64,000 bases of DNA, taken from assembly GCA_963665295.1 (NCBI GenBank), contig OY762209.1:4704001-4768000 (forward strand), written 5' to 3'. The first letter of the stretch is position 1, and every line of letters begins with the position of its first letter. The position numbers and the translations under genes are program-made. Under the pieces are notes generated by a model. It had not been told where the DNA came from, did not search any database, and was given only the letters and a program-made list of their open reading frames with translations. The DNA is from Syntrophorhabdaceae bacterium. Its GTDB lineage: Bacteria; Desulfobacterota; Syntrophorhabdia; Syntrophorhabdales; Syntrophorhabdaceae. Of this stretch, positions 46,479 through 56,853 are shown piece after piece.

Positions 46479-47360
46479 TCAGGCGTTTACTATGTTCTCC
46501 ATCTCCTCGATCTCATCGCTCGCATCGTCAAGGTCCCACACCAGCTTGAACACATCGACGTTCGCGATGTCACGGTTCCGTTTTTCGAGAACTTTGAAGG
46601 CATCCGTTTCGGAAAGGTCGATGCCGTTCATATCACCGCCGAACCCGAAGCCCTTGAGCCTTGCAAGTTGGTCGGCAAGGGAGACCATGGCGACCACGGA
46701 CCTGACTTGTTCCGGAGCTTCCGTTACGGCGTGGTGATAGCGGGCAACCTGACCGAATATTCCGGGCAGCCTCCATTTTTCCATGAGCCACCCTCCGACC
46801 GTGTCGTGGGATGCACCCATTACGGCCTTCTCGGCTTCGAGAATGGATATGTTCTCCTGGTAGGTCATATCGACGATCTTCTTGTACACATCATGAGTGA
46901 ACCTGTCGAGCACTATTTTCCCTACGTCATGGACAAGGCCGGCGAGATAGAGGCTATCCAATCTTCCCATGTTAAGTTTATTGCAGAGTATCTTTCCGAT
47001 CACGCCCGTGGCCACGGAATGGCGCCAGAACTGTTTCAGGTCCACCGTTATAACGCCTTTCGGAGGCCGGAGCGACCGACTCGCGCCGCAGGATATGCAG
47101 AGGGACGTGATCTCGTTTGTCCCCAGCATCCTCACCGCCTGTTCAATGCCGGTAACCTTGGTAGGCAGGCCGTAGAAGGCGGAGTTGGCGATTTTGAGAA
47201 CGTTCATAACCATCAGAGGATCTTTTGATATGATCTTACCAAGGGTCCTCAAATCGACATCTTCATCATTGAGCGCTTGAATGACCTCCATCATCACGGA
47301 GGGCATGGGCGGCAAGAAATTGATGGTTTCCTCAACCTTTTCTCTGAAATTCTCAATCAC
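46479..47360 (-). CDS. HDOD domain protein
   Basis: LPPMP, DP..ANSAFYG, FWRHS, GLVHDVGK. Confidence 0.9.
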   Translation of the reverse strand: MIENFREKVEETINFLPPMPSVMMEVIQALNDEDVDLRTLGKIISKDPLMVMNVLKIANSAFYGLPTKVTGIEQAVRMLGTNEITSLCISCGASRSLRPPKGVITVDLKQFWRHSVATGVIGKILCNKLNMGRLDSLYLAGLVHDVGKIVLDRFTHDVYKKIVDMTYQENISILEAEKAVMGASHDTVGGWLMEKWRLPGIFGQVARYHHAVTEAPEQVRSVVAMVSLADQLARLKGFGFGGDMNGIDLSETDAFKVLEKRNRDIANVDVFKLVWDLDDASDEIEEMENIVNA

Positions 47361-47479
47361 CTGTTCTCCCCCTTAAAATGATCCGGAAATATACATGATT
47401 GTATGCAATCATATTCTATACTATTATCGTTATCCATGGAAAAATCTTTAGTCCCCCCTGTTATGGCCTTCCTGCCGGG

Positions 47480-49099
47480 CTATCTTTCCTTTGCCTTCTT
47501 TCCCGTGACGGGTTCAAGGACAAAATGGCGCGCACTCACCCCTTCGTCGCCGCTCACAAAAGTACGGACGCGGTCAAGTATCTGTCTGTCGGATACGGTC
47601 AGGCGTTCGTGCTGTCTCAGATGTTCCACCCACGACTCCACAATGAACGACTCCACGTAGAGGTCGGGATGGGATACATCATGGAACAGGTTCCACCTGA
47701 TCGCCCCGTCCCGAAGGCGGATCGTCTTGAGCCCTGCGACGGCACTGAGGAATCCTTCCGCCTTATCTGAGGCGACACTATATTCCACCACAATCAGGAT
47801 GGGCTTCTCCTGAAGTTCCAGCCCCTCGGCTACCGTGGTTCTCGCGTTCCAGCCCCCGGACGGGCTGAGATCAAGCCCCTCACCTTCGGAGAGCTTGAGG
47901 GGCCACGTTACGACGCCGCCTATAACAAGACATCCGGAGGCTATTACAAGGGCGGCGGGAATGCCTGTCCATACCGCAATGGCGCCCCAGAGAGCGCTGC
48001 CGCCGGCCATGCCGCCAAAAAAGACCAGCATGAACACGGAGACCACCCTGCCCCTCACCCAGGAGGGGGTCACCGACTGCACGGCCGTGCTTAGAACAGA
48101 AAGGAGAACCATCCATCCCGTACCGCCCACACCCATCACCACGGCAAGGACGGGGAAATACCGGACATAGGACAAGGCGAGAAACACCAAGGCAAAGCTG
48201 AAGATCGTGCCTATGGTCAGCACGTTCAGGGACATGGCTATTCTCAAACGGGGAAGAAGGGTGGCGCCAAGAAGGCCGCCTGCTCCGAAGAACCCGAGGA
48301 GGCTCCCGTAGCCCACCGCGGTGAGCCCCAGGTAGGTACGGGCCACTATGGGAAGAAAGGCCCACAGGGCGCTGCTCACGATCGAGAATACCCCCATGTG
48401 GATGATGGCGGCCTGAGCCTCCGGCGCATTTCGCACATACCTGAGTCCCGCGCGCACGGCGCCCATGAGCCGCTCGGCGGGCAAGGCACTTTCGTGGGTC
48501 ACCCGCTGCCACCGCTTGAGCACGGTAAGTACCCCTGAGAAAGAGACTGCGTTGAGGAGGAATGTGCCCCCGGGGCCCACCATGGCCACTACGAAACCCC
48601 CTAGGGCAGGACCGAATACACGGGCTATATTGAACCCTACAGAACCCAGGGTAATGGCAGCGGGAAGTTCGTCCTTGTGAACGATTTCCGGTATTATGGC
48701 CTGCCAGGCGGGGGCATTCAGGGCTGCGCCGATACTGAGCAGGAAAGTGAACACAAGGAGGCTCCCCGGCGTGGTGAGATGGAGGACGGTACTGACGCCG
48801 AGGGCAAGGGCCGCCACAAACATCCACGCCTGGGCGAAGAGGAGTATTCTTCGCCGGTCCAGGATATCGGCAAGAGCGCCCGCGGGCAGGGCAAGAAGAA
48901 AGAAGGGGAGCATGGTGGCAGTCTGGACCATGGCGACCATAAACGGAGATGGGGTGAGGGAAGTCATGAGCCAGGAGACGCCCACATCGTGCATCCAGGT
49001 GCCGATGAGCGATACCACGTTGGCAATCCAGAGCGTCCTGAAGAAGGACTTGGATAACGGACTCCACGTGGACGAGGGCTTCTTTTCGTTAGAGGTCAT
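47480..49099 (-). CDS. MFS transporter (MFS_3/DitE-like, C-terminal soluble domain)
   Basis: GALADILDRR; about 12 TM; SWVEHLRQHER. Confidence 0.9.
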   Translation of the reverse strand: MTSNEKKPSSTWSPLSKSFFRTLWIANVVSLIGTWMHDVGVSWLMTSLTPSPFMVAMVQTATMLPFFLLALPAGALADILDRRRILLFAQAWMFVAALALGVSTVLHLTTPGSLLVFTFLLSIGAALNAPAWQAIIPEIVHKDELPAAITLGSVGFNIARVFGPALGGFVVAMVGPGGTFLLNAVSFSGVLTVLKRWQRVTHESALPAERLMGAVRAGLRYVRNAPEAQAAIIHMGVFSIVSSALWAFLPIVARTYLGLTAVGYGSLLGFFGAGGLLGATLLPRLRIAMSLNVLTIGTIFSFALVFLALSYVRYFPVLAVVMGVGGTGWMVLLSVLSTAVQSVTPSWVRGRVVSVFMLVFFGGMAGGSALWGAIAVWTGIPAALVIASGCLVIGGVVTWPLKLSEGEGLDLSPSGGWNARTTVAEGLELQEKPILIVVEYSVASDKAEGFLSAVAGLKTIRLRDGAIRWNLFHDVSHPDLYVESFIVESWVEHLRQHERLTVSDRQILDRVRTFVSGDEGVSARHFVLEPVTGKKAKER

Positions 49100-49201
49100 G
49101 TGCGCGGGTCGGCTCTTTCACAGGGTACCGACGTTAAGTATATCAGAGATTGGGGAAAAGTTAAAATTGCTTTCAAAATGACATCTTGTTATCCTATCCT
49201 G

Positions 49202-49981
49202 ATGAATTTCAGCAAAATGACGGGGCGCACGCCCTGGGCCCGCGCACCGCGCGGCTCAAAGGGAGACGGGAAGAGAAAAACGGGCGCCACAGTCGCAAGC
49301 GGAGCGGCGGCGGCATGGCCGATTTGCCTCGGCTATTTCCCAATAGGGCTCGCCTTCGGGGTTGTGGCGCAAAAGGCCGGGATCACCCCGGTGGAGATCG
49401 GGCTCATGTCCTGTCTGGTGTACGCGGGGAGCGCACAGTTCATCGCCGTTTCAATGCTCGCCTCCGGAGCGGGAACGTTTGCCGTTATACTCACCACCTT
49501 TACCATCAACCTGAGACACTTGCTCATGAGTTCCGCCCTGTCCGTTCACCTCGGTCTCAAGGATCGGCGTTGGATCGCTGTTTTCGGCTACGGTGTGACA
49601 GATGAGAGCTTCGCGGTGAACCTTGCCCGCTTCCGCTCCGGCAACTGGCACTGGCAGCAAGCCCTGGTGGTAAACCATGTCTCCAACGTGGCCTGGGTCA
49701 TGAGCACCGTCATCGGGGCATGTGCGGGGACCCTGATCCCTGCGGGGGCCTTCGGGATCGACTACGCTCTTATCGCCATGCTGATAAGCCTCCTCGTGTT
49801 CCAACTCCGCGGCAGGGTCTATATGCTTGTGGCAATCCTTTCCGGCATCATGGCTACCGGTATCTCTTTCCTGCTCCCCGGCAATCTCCATGTGGTGGTC
49901 GCCCCCGTGATTGCCGCCACCGTCGGACTTGTCCTCAGCCGGCGCCGTACCCTTCCCCCGGCAACGGAGGAGCGGTCATGA
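49202..49981 (+). CDS. azlC: AzlC family branched-chain amino acid exporter
   Basis: YAGSAQF, NLRHLLMS, TDESFA. Confidence 0.88.
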   Translation: MNFSKMTGRTPWARAPRGSKGDGKRKTGATVASGAAAAWPICLGYFPIGLAFGVVAQKAGITPVEIGLMSCLVYAGSAQFIAVSMLASGAGTFAVILTTFTINLRHLLMSSALSVHLGLKDRRWIAVFGYGVTDESFAVNLARFRSGNWHWQQALVVNHVSNVAWVMSTVIGACAGTLIPAGAFGIDYALIAMLISLLVFQLRGRVYMLVAILSGIMATGISFLLPGNLHVVVAPVIAATVGLVLSRRRTLPPATEERS

Positions 49982-50304
49982 CGATCGACCCGAAGTTTCT
50001 TATCCTGATATTGGGAATGGCGGCGGTCACTTACGTGCCGCGCTGGTTTCCACTCTTTTTCTTCTCCAGGCGAAGCCTCCCGCGCCGGCTCGAAATATGG
50101 CTGGACTTTGTCCCCGCTGCGGTGCTGGGCGCCCTCATATTGCCCGCTCTCGTGACATCGGGAGAACCCCGTCACCTTGACCTTTTTCGCCGGGAACTGA
50201 TGGTGGCGATCCCTACTCTCCTCATTGCCCTCAAGACAGGGTCCATGGGGGCCGCCGTATTCTCGGGCATGTTCCTCTTCTGGATCGCAGGTAAACTGAC
50301 CTGA
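49978..50304 (+). CDS. azlD: AzlD domain protein
   Basis: VTYVPR..FVPAAVL; ATGA overlap with azlC. Confidence 0.85.
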   Translation: MTIDPKFLILILGMAAVTYVPRWFPLFFFSRRSLPRRLEIWLDFVPAAVLGALILPALVTSGEPRHLDLFRRELMVAIPTLLIALKTGSMGAAVFSGMFLFWIAGKLT

Positions 50305-50361
50305 CCGACCATCCCCGTTACGTCTCCCTGACGTCCGGCGCCAGAAGCATCTCGATCGGGC

Positions 50362-50802
50362 CTAAAAGAGGCGGGCGCTTTTGCACTCCGAAACGGACCC
50401 CTCCACACACTTCTTCCCGTCTGTCCAGACAGCGCCCGTGAGGTCGGCGCCGTCGAGGTTGGCGTCCGACACTTCGGCGCCGTGCAGGTTGGCCTTGTTC
50501 AGAAACGCATTGCGCAGATTCACGCCCGTGAGGTCGGCGTTCCTGAAGTAGGCGCCTGCGAGGTTCGCGCCTGCGAGGTTCGCCTTGACGAGTTTCGCGC
50601 CGGAAAGGTTGGCCGAAGCGAGGTTCGCGCCTGCGAGGTCCGCTCCTTTGAGATCTGCCCCGTGCAGATCACACCACTGGCATTCCTTTGTTTTTAGAAG
50701 TTTATCCACATCGGCCTGTTTGAACGCGTACGAAGTGCCATATGCGAAAAACAACGCGGGGATAACGAGACTAACCGCCATAACTATGATTCTTGCTTTC
50801 AT
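50362..50802 (-). CDS. secreted pentapeptide-repeat protein (paralog of 43905)
   Basis: A(D/N)LxG repeats, CQWC and WTDGKKC caps. Confidence 0.88.
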   Translation of the reverse strand: MKARIIVMAVSLVIPALFFAYGTSYAFKQADVDKLLKTKECQWCDLHGADLKGADLAGANLASANLSGAKLVKANLAGANLAGAYFRNADLTGVNLRNAFLNKANLHGAEVSDANLDGADLTGAVWTDGKKCVEGSVSECKSARLF

Positions 50803-50834
50803 GAGACTGCCCCTCTCCCAAAAGTTTCGTGTAA

Positions 50835-52046
50835 TCAGTATCCATTCTTGAACATGCCGTTTTCGTAAATCACCCGCCTTTTTCCCGAAGCCAGATACGC
50901 GGTCACGGTCTTCTCCTCCGTGTTGATGAGATCCCAGTGGAGGGCGGAGTCATTGAAGCCGAGTTCCTGCTTCAGTTCTCTGGTCATTTCCTTCGGGTCG
51001 CCCGAGTAGGTGTCCGTGTAAGAAGACCCCAGGGCCACGTGAACGTTCCCGTATTCTCCCCCATAGTTCTCATCAAAGAGGGTATCCGCCATGAAGCGGT
51101 TGATCCTGGAAAAACGCTTGTCCGTGAGGGAGAACTCTCCCAGGCGGGAAGCGCCTTTATCCATAGCGATCTGTTTTGCCGCAAAATCACCGCCGGCCTC
51201 GGCTTCCACTTTCACTACCACGCCCTTTCTGAAGGAAAGGCGCACCCCTTCCACGTAGTTCCCGCTCCTGAAAGAAGGAAGGTTTGCATAATAAGCCCCC
51301 TCTGTCCCCCGCCAGTCAGGAGATAGAAACACCTCAAAACTGGGGATGTTGTGACCTGACACGCCTGCCCATTTCCTTCTCTCGCCGGGTCTCACCATGA
51401 GGTCCACATTTTCCGATTCCACGTGGAGACGCTCGATCTTGAGACCGTTAAGCCATTTCTTTATGCCCGATACATCGCGGTGGATTGCCTCCCACGCGCT
51501 TACCGGGTCGTCTTTATCGAGATAACACGCCTTTATGATCTGCGCGGTATATTGCTCGACAGTGGTCTTTGCCTGGTTCGCGAGTTCCGCGGTAGGGACG
51601 GTGCACAGGGTCCAGCCGTGGACTCCCTTCTCTTCCCTCTTTTCGAGAATGTCCCGGATCGGCTTCCTCGAAATCAGGAATTTCCCTATCTTTACGGGGT
51701 CTATCTCCTTGAGGTGGGTGAGCGATTCCGGCGCCCTGAGAAAGATCCTGCCGTGAAGGTTCTCATAGAATTCCTTCTCCCCGGGGGCGATAAATTTGAG
51801 CTGGCCTGGCGCCGCCAAATTGTAGAAGGTCTGCTCCATGCAATAGGTAAGGCCCATCCTTTGTACGGGGTTCATTCCAAGACCGAGTATCTTGCGGTAA
51901 ATGATCTCGGCGAGCGAGAGGGCCGGCGGGTCGTATTGAAGAAGGACCACGTCATTTCTGGCGAATTTTCCTCGTCGTGCGGTTTTGAGACCCCAGAGGA
52001 GTACGTCGGCGTATTTTTCGAGGTTCAGATCGGTAAGCATGGTCAT
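50835..52046 (-). CDS. M29 family aminopeptidase
   Basis: NIPSFEVF, LGEF, LFDEN, HVALG, SALHWD; start re-placed at ATG 52046. Confidence 0.9.
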   Translation of the reverse strand: MTMLTDLNLEKYADVLLWGLKTARRGKFARNDVVLLQYDPPALSLAEIIYRKILGLGMNPVQRMGLTYCMEQTFYNLAAPGQLKFIAPGEKEFYENLHGRIFLRAPESLTHLKEIDPVKIGKFLISRKPIRDILEKREEKGVHGWTLCTVPTAELANQAKTTVEQYTAQIIKACYLDKDDPVSAWEAIHRDVSGIKKWLNGLKIERLHVESENVDLMVRPGERRKWAGVSGHNIPSFEVFLSPDWRGTEGAYYANLPSFRSGNYVEGVRLSFRKGVVVKVEAEAGGDFAAKQIAMDKGASRLGEFSLTDKRFSRINRFMADTLFDENYGGEYGNVHVALGSSYTDTYSGDPKEMTRELKQELGFNDSALHWDLINTEEKTVTAYLASGKRRVIYENGMFKNGY

Positions 52047-52347
52047 TCTTCCCTCCCTGGAAAGGTCATTGAGAGAGACAACGACAGCCCGCCATCTCTC
52101 CACGAGGTTCATCGGGGAAAAGACCGGCTCCGGCTCCCATGGGTAGTATAAGCAATGTATAGTTGAATCGCAACTTCTTTCCCTCCCTATCGCCTTGCCA
52201 CGGCACATCGCTCGCAGGAGGTCCCGGGTGGACAATTCCCGGTACGGAGCCCCGGCCATATTTTGGGGATATGAAGGGGAAAATAGTTGACCCCTTTTGT
52301 ATTTCTTTGATAAGCTTTAAAAAAATCGCCACGGGGAGGATTTATAG

Positions 52348-52563
52348 ATGAGGTCGGATGGCAGAGTAGCGAGAGTTACGGAAATAATCGCGGGTTCCAC
52401 AAAAGGGTTCGATGATGCCGTCATGGTCGGTTTCAAGAGGGCGTCCAAAACCTTGAGAGGCATCACGGGCTTGAGAGTGAAAGATCATAGGTGCAGTGTG
52501 GAAGACGGAAAGATCACCGAGTTCCGGGTCACCCTGGACGTCATCTTCGTCCTGGAAAACTAA
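52348..52563 (+). CDS. dodecin family protein
   Basis: EIIAGSTKGFDDA..RASKTLRGI..EFRVTL. Confidence 0.88.
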   Translation: MRSDGRVARVTEIIAGSTKGFDDAVMVGFKRASKTLRGITGLRVKDHRCSVEDGKITEFRVTLDVIFVLEN

Positions 52564-52642
52564 GTGCGGTCCCGGGGCTGTCCCTTCGGGCCGCCCTGGA
52601 TTCCCGGTCCCCGCTGCTCCGTTCCGGAGAGGGAGATTTCTC

Positions 52643-53125
52643 ATGAGCAAGGACAAGCTTCCCACCACGCCCGCGGTACGCGTGCTCAGGGAAAATAGTG
52701 TTCCTTTTACCGAGCACCCTTACAAATACGAAGACAGAGGCGGGACGGCCGTGTCGGCGAGGGAGCTCAATGTAGACGAGCATGCGGTCGTGAAAACCCT
52801 CGTCATGGAGAACGAAGACAAGAGACCGCTTATCGTGCTCATGCACGGCGACAGAGAGGTTTCGACAAAAGAACTTGCCCGCATCGCGGGGGTAAAACGC
52901 ATCACCCCGTGTACTCCGGAGACCGCGCAAAAACATACGGGTTACATGGTTGGCGGCACGTCGCCCTTCGGCACCAGGAAGACAATGCCCGTTTACATGG
53001 AGGAGACTATCCTCGAACTTCCAAGGATATTTATAAATGGCGGGAGGCGGGGCTACCTTGTCGGCATCGACCCCGGGGAATTGGTGCGCATTCTGAAACC
53101 TGTAATCGTAAAGGTGGGAATTTAG
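52643..53125 (+). CDS. ybaK: Cys-tRNA(Pro) deacylase
   Basis: TPA..VKTLV..GYMVGGTSPFG..NGGRRG. Confidence 0.9.
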   Translation: MSKDKLPTTPAVRVLRENSVPFTEHPYKYEDRGGTAVSARELNVDEHAVVKTLVMENEDKRPLIVLMHGDREVSTKELARIAGVKRITPCTPETAQKHTGYMVGGTSPFGTRKTMPVYMEETILELPRIFINGGRRGYLVGIDPGELVRILKPVIVKVGI

Positions 53126-53157
53126 CGGGGGTCCCGTGTCCGGAACCCCGCCTTTTT
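53125..53157 (+). terminator. Rho-independent terminator
   Basis: GCGGGG...CCCCGC followed by CTTTTT. Confidence 0.6.
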
Positions 53158-53171
53158 GACTTGTAGGGATG

Positions 53172-53552
53172 TTACTTGATTTTCGCCTGAACGTTCTTGA
53201 GGTTGTCGGCGCATACGTCTTTCAAAAGCATGCCCTCATCCTCCTTAACGTTGGAGAGTGTTACACGGCTGTCACCCGCATTCGCGATGGCCTTCTTGTA
53301 AAATTCCACCGCCTCTTTGAATTTTCCATCCTGTTCGGCAATTGTCCCCATACCGTTCAGGGCATACGGATTGGCCGGGTCAGTCTGATACGCATCCTGC
53401 ACCGATGCTTTGTACCTGTCCATGTCGCCCTGATTCCGCCACTCGATGGCGGTCCTCATTTTCTGGTTGGCCAGCATGCTCGAGCAACTCACTACCGCAA
53501 ATGAAGCAATAACAACGAACATAACCAAAACAAGAGTCTGAGTCTTTTTCAT
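53172..53552 (-). CDS. TPR lipoprotein
   Basis: Lipobox VVSC; ALNGMG..AVEFYKKAI. Confidence 0.78.
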   Translation of the reverse strand: MKKTQTLVLVMFVVIASFAVVSCSSMLANQKMRTAIEWRNQGDMDRYKASVQDAYQTDPANPYALNGMGTIAEQDGKFKEAVEFYKKAIANAGDSRVTLSNVKEDEGMLLKDVCADNLKNVQAKIK

Positions 53553-53711
53553 GTAGTCCTCCCCTTCCGATTTTTAAGTTATCCTATGATACCTTTACAT
53601 GATTTTCAAGACTTATTTCAGAATATCGAATAATTCGACATTGTTCGCATCACTGCACAGGCATCCGGGGAAGGACTGCGGGAATGATCCCATGGAGGGC
53701 AGGAGCCGCCT

Positions 53712-54122
53712 TTACGTGTTCTCCTTTCCGAACTGCTCGACGTAGCAATCGTAACAACACCGCGATTCTTTCATATAATTGTGTTCCTTGCAGATATACT
53801 TCCCGCAGCGAACGCACTGGGCCACGCCGTCCGTGGACGGGCAGAACTGCTCATCACACACCCTGCGCCCTTTTTCGTCAAATTTCCTCTGGGTCAACCT
53901 CACCCACTCGTCGGCTTCCTTCTGTTTATCCTTGACGATCGCCTCCATGATGTCGGGACGCCAGGAATTCAGAAAATCGCCCACTTCGCCCTCGATCGTG
54001 GCATTGCGAATATCCTTATCCTTTTGCTGTTTCGTGATCCTCTCCACGATCCTGTCGATTTCATCCTGGTCTGCGGCTTCCAGCTTGAAGCCCAGTCTTT
54101 TAATGTCGTTCAGTATGGCCAT
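53712..54122 (-). CDS. hypothetical protein with C-terminal Zn finger
   Basis: CDEQFC..CVRCGKYICKEH..CYDC. Confidence 0.75.
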   Translation of the reverse strand: MAILNDIKRLGFKLEAADQDEIDRIVERITKQQKDKDIRNATIEGEVGDFLNSWRPDIMEAIVKDKQKEADEWVRLTQRKFDEKGRRVCDEQFCPSTDGVAQCVRCGKYICKEHNYMKESRCCYDCYVEQFGKENT

Positions 54123-54235
54123 ATTCCCTCCAGATTAATGCGGCCCCGTTGAGGCGGCATGCACAGTTTGTAATTTATACTTTTTCCGGAGCCCTGTCAA
54201 CGCCGCTACCAGGTTGGCTGATGCCGGAAAATGCA

Positions 54236-54264
54236 TTGACAAGAAGCCTCCAATGAGCTATTCT
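54236..54264 (+). promoter_or_regulatory. sigma70 promoter of the vor operon
   Basis: TTGACA-17 nt-TATTCT. Confidence 0.65.
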
Positions 54265-54297
54265 TAAACGTTTTAATAATCGGGATGACCAACTGAC

Positions 54298-54507
54298 ATG
54301 AAAGGAACTATCAAGATTGACCGCGAACGATGCAAAGGTTGTTGTTTTTGCATCGAATTCTGTCCGAAGAAGACCATATTACTCACGGATAAGTTGAATA
54401 TTAAAGGCTATTTTACCGCTGATTTTCAGGATAACGACCAGTGCACCGGATGCGCCACCTGCGCCCTTATGTGCCCTGAAGTGGCTATAGAGGTATTCCG
54501 GAGTTGA
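54298..54507 (+). CDS. 2-oxoacid:ferredoxin oxidoreductase delta (2x[4Fe-4S]) subunit
   Basis: CKGCCFCIEFCP, CTGCATCALMCP. Confidence 0.9.
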   Translation: MKGTIKIDRERCKGCCFCIEFCPKKTILLTDKLNIKGYFTADFQDNDQCTGCATCALMCPEVAIEVFRS

Positions 54508-55574
54508 AAAAGCTGATGAGCGGCAACGCAGCCTTGGGAGAAGCGGCAGTCCTTGCGGGATGCACGTGCTATTTCGGCTATCCCATTACCCCTCAGAACG
54601 AACTTACCGAGTACATGGCGAAACGGGTGCCGGAGGTGCCCGGGGGCGTCTTCATCCAGTCGGAAAGCGAGATCGCGGCGATCAACATGGTCCTTGGAGC
54701 GAGTGTTGCAGGAGCCAGGGCCATGACCTCTTCGAGCAGTCCCGGCATCAGCCTGAAGCAGGAAGGTATCTCCTACCTCGCGGCCGATGAGCTTCCCGCC
54801 GTTATAGTCGACATGGTACGAGGGGGACCGGGGATGGGCAATATCTCGCCGGCCCAGTCCGATTACTTGCAGGCGACCCGCGGCGGCGGACATGGAGATT
54901 ACAGGACAATCGCCCTCGCGCCCGCTTCGGTGCAGGAAGCGGCCGACCTCATGCCTCTTGCCTTCGATCTCGCCGATCAGTACAGGAACCCCGTGGTCGT
55001 ACTGGGAGACGGAATGCTCGGACAGATGATGGAGCCCGTGTCCTTCGACCACATCAAAAAAGAGCGTGATTTCCCCAAAGACTACATTCTGAACGGAGCC
55101 AAAGGGAGAGCGGCGCGCAAGATCCATTCCCTCCTTTTCGACACCAAGGAAGAGGAAGAACACAACTGGAAACTTTTCAGGAAGTTCCAGCGGATGGAAC
55201 AAAATGAGGTACGGTACGAAACCCTCCTCCTCGACGATGCGGAAATGGTCGTAATAGCCTACGGTACCTCCGCGAGGATTGCGAGAGGCGCAATTAAGAG
55301 GCTCCGGCAGGAGAACCTGAAAGTAGGCCTTATCCGGCCCATCACTGTGTGGCCCTTTCCCAAAAAGATCATCAAGGAGACGGCGGCCCGCGTAAAAGAC
55401 TTCTTCGTCTTTGAAATGAGCACCGGTCAACTGATCGAAGACGTGCAACTATCTCTCGAGGGCAAAGGACATATCCATTTCTACGGACGTCCCGGCGGCG
55501 TGATCCCCACCCCCCTTGAGCTTTACAGGATAATATCGCGCCATTACTATCAGGCGCAACGGGGGAAGAAGTAA
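54504..55574 (+). CDS. vorB: 2-oxoisovalerate-type oxidoreductase alpha subunit
   Basis: GYPITPQ, QSESE, SSSPG, RGGPG, GGGHGDY. Confidence 0.88.
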   Translation: MKKLMSGNAALGEAAVLAGCTCYFGYPITPQNELTEYMAKRVPEVPGGVFIQSESEIAAINMVLGASVAGARAMTSSSSPGISLKQEGISYLAADELPAVIVDMVRGGPGMGNISPAQSDYLQATRGGGHGDYRTIALAPASVQEAADLMPLAFDLADQYRNPVVVLGDGMLGQMMEPVSFDHIKKERDFPKDYILNGAKGRAARKIHSLLFDTKEEEEHNWKLFRKFQRMEQNEVRYETLLLDDAEMVVIAYGTSARIARGAIKRLRQENLKVGLIRPITVWPFPKKIIKETAARVKDFFVFEMSTGQLIEDVQLSLEGKGHIHFYGRPGGVIPTPLELYRIISRHYYQAQRGKK

Positions 55575-56314
55575 TGAAACAGGTATACGCAAGGCCCAGA
55601 TGCCTCAAGGAGGCCCATTTCCATTATTGTCCCGGGTGCGGTCACAGTATCGTTAACCGCCTCATCGCGGAAGTGGTGGATGAAATGGAGTTAAGGGACA
55701 GGATTATCTGCGTCGCTCCTGCGGGATGCGGTATGCTCCTTTACAACTATTTTGACGTGGACACTCTCGAATCGGCCCATGGCCGGGGTGCGGCAGTATC
55801 GACAGGCATAAAACGGGTGCTTCCCGACAATCTCGTCTTCTCCTACCAGGGGGATGGCGATCTGGCGGCTATAGGCACAGCGGAAGGCTTCCATGCAGCA
55901 AACCGCGGAGAACTCATCACCGTGATCTTCGTAAACAATGGAGTGTACGGCATGACGGGCGGACAGATGGCGCCCACCACCATGCTGAAACAAGTGACCA
56001 CCACGTGCCCCACGGGGAGAAACCCCCTCCACGCGGGCCATCCCGTGAAAGTCTGTGAAGTCTTCTCAGTCCTTGACGGCACGTCTTACCTCGAAAGAGT
56101 GGCGGTGAACAACCCCGCCAATGTGATAAAGGCAAAAAAGGCGATCGTGAAAGCCTTCCGGCATCAGATGGATAAAACAGGCTTCTCCCTTGTCGAGGTC
56201 CTCTCTCCCTGCCCCACTAATTGGAAGATGACCCCCATTCAGGCATGCAAATGGATCGACGATGTGATGACAAAGGAATTCCCTCTCGGGGTGATAAAAG
56301 AGGTCCAATGCTGA
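55574..56314 (+). CDS. 2-oxoacid:ferredoxin oxidoreductase beta (TPP-binding) subunit
   Basis: YCPGCGH, QGDGD..NN, YGMTGGQ, CPTNW. Confidence 0.92.
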   Translation: MKQVYARPRCLKEAHFHYCPGCGHSIVNRLIAEVVDEMELRDRIICVAPAGCGMLLYNYFDVDTLESAHGRGAAVSTGIKRVLPDNLVFSYQGDGDLAAIGTAEGFHAANRGELITVIFVNNGVYGMTGGQMAPTTMLKQVTTTCPTGRNPLHAGHPVKVCEVFSVLDGTSYLERVAVNNPANVIKAKKAIVKAFRHQMDKTGFSLVEVLSPCPTNWKMTPIQACKWIDDVMTKEFPLGVIKEVQC

Positions 56315-56847
56315 TAAAGACCATTTTCTCGGGCTTCGGAGGTCAGGGCGTCCTCTCCATGGGTTACACGGTGGCAAACACCGCCATGTTGGAGGGCAAT
56401 TATGTTACGTACTTTCCTTCTTACGGTGTGGAAGTGCGTGGCGGGACCGCAAACTGCACGGTGGTCGTTTCCGATGAAGAGATTGCGTCTCCCGTGGCGT
56501 CCGAGCCTGATTTCGTGGTAGCCATGAACCAGCCATCCTTTGCGCGGTTCCAGAGTATACTCCAGTCCGGCGGTCTCATATGTGTAAACTCATCGATCGT
56601 CGACACCTCGTCGGCGAGACATGACATAGAGGTCCTGTCGGTTCCCACAACAGAGCTTGCGGGGCAGGTAGGGTCGCCAAAAGTGGCCAATATGATTATG
56701 CTCGGCGCTTTTATCCGAGCGAGCAGCATCATCTCTTTCGAATTCATGATAAAGAACCTTTCCCAGATACTGGGGGAGGGAAAATCGAACCTTATAAAAC
56801 TGAACAAGCAGGCCCTCGAATTGGGCTTCAATTTCGTAAAGGAGTAA
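56308..56847 (+). CDS. 2-oxoacid:ferredoxin oxidoreductase gamma subunit
   Basis: SGFGGQG, YGVEVRGG, NMIMLGA. Confidence 0.92.
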   Translation: MLIKTIFSGFGGQGVLSMGYTVANTAMLEGNYVTYFPSYGVEVRGGTANCTVVVSDEEIASPVASEPDFVVAMNQPSFARFQSILQSGGLICVNSSIVDTSSARHDIEVLSVPTTELAGQVGSPKVANMIMLGAFIRASSIISFEFMIKNLSQILGEGKSNLIKLNKQALELGFNFVKE

Positions 56848-56853
56848 AACCCC

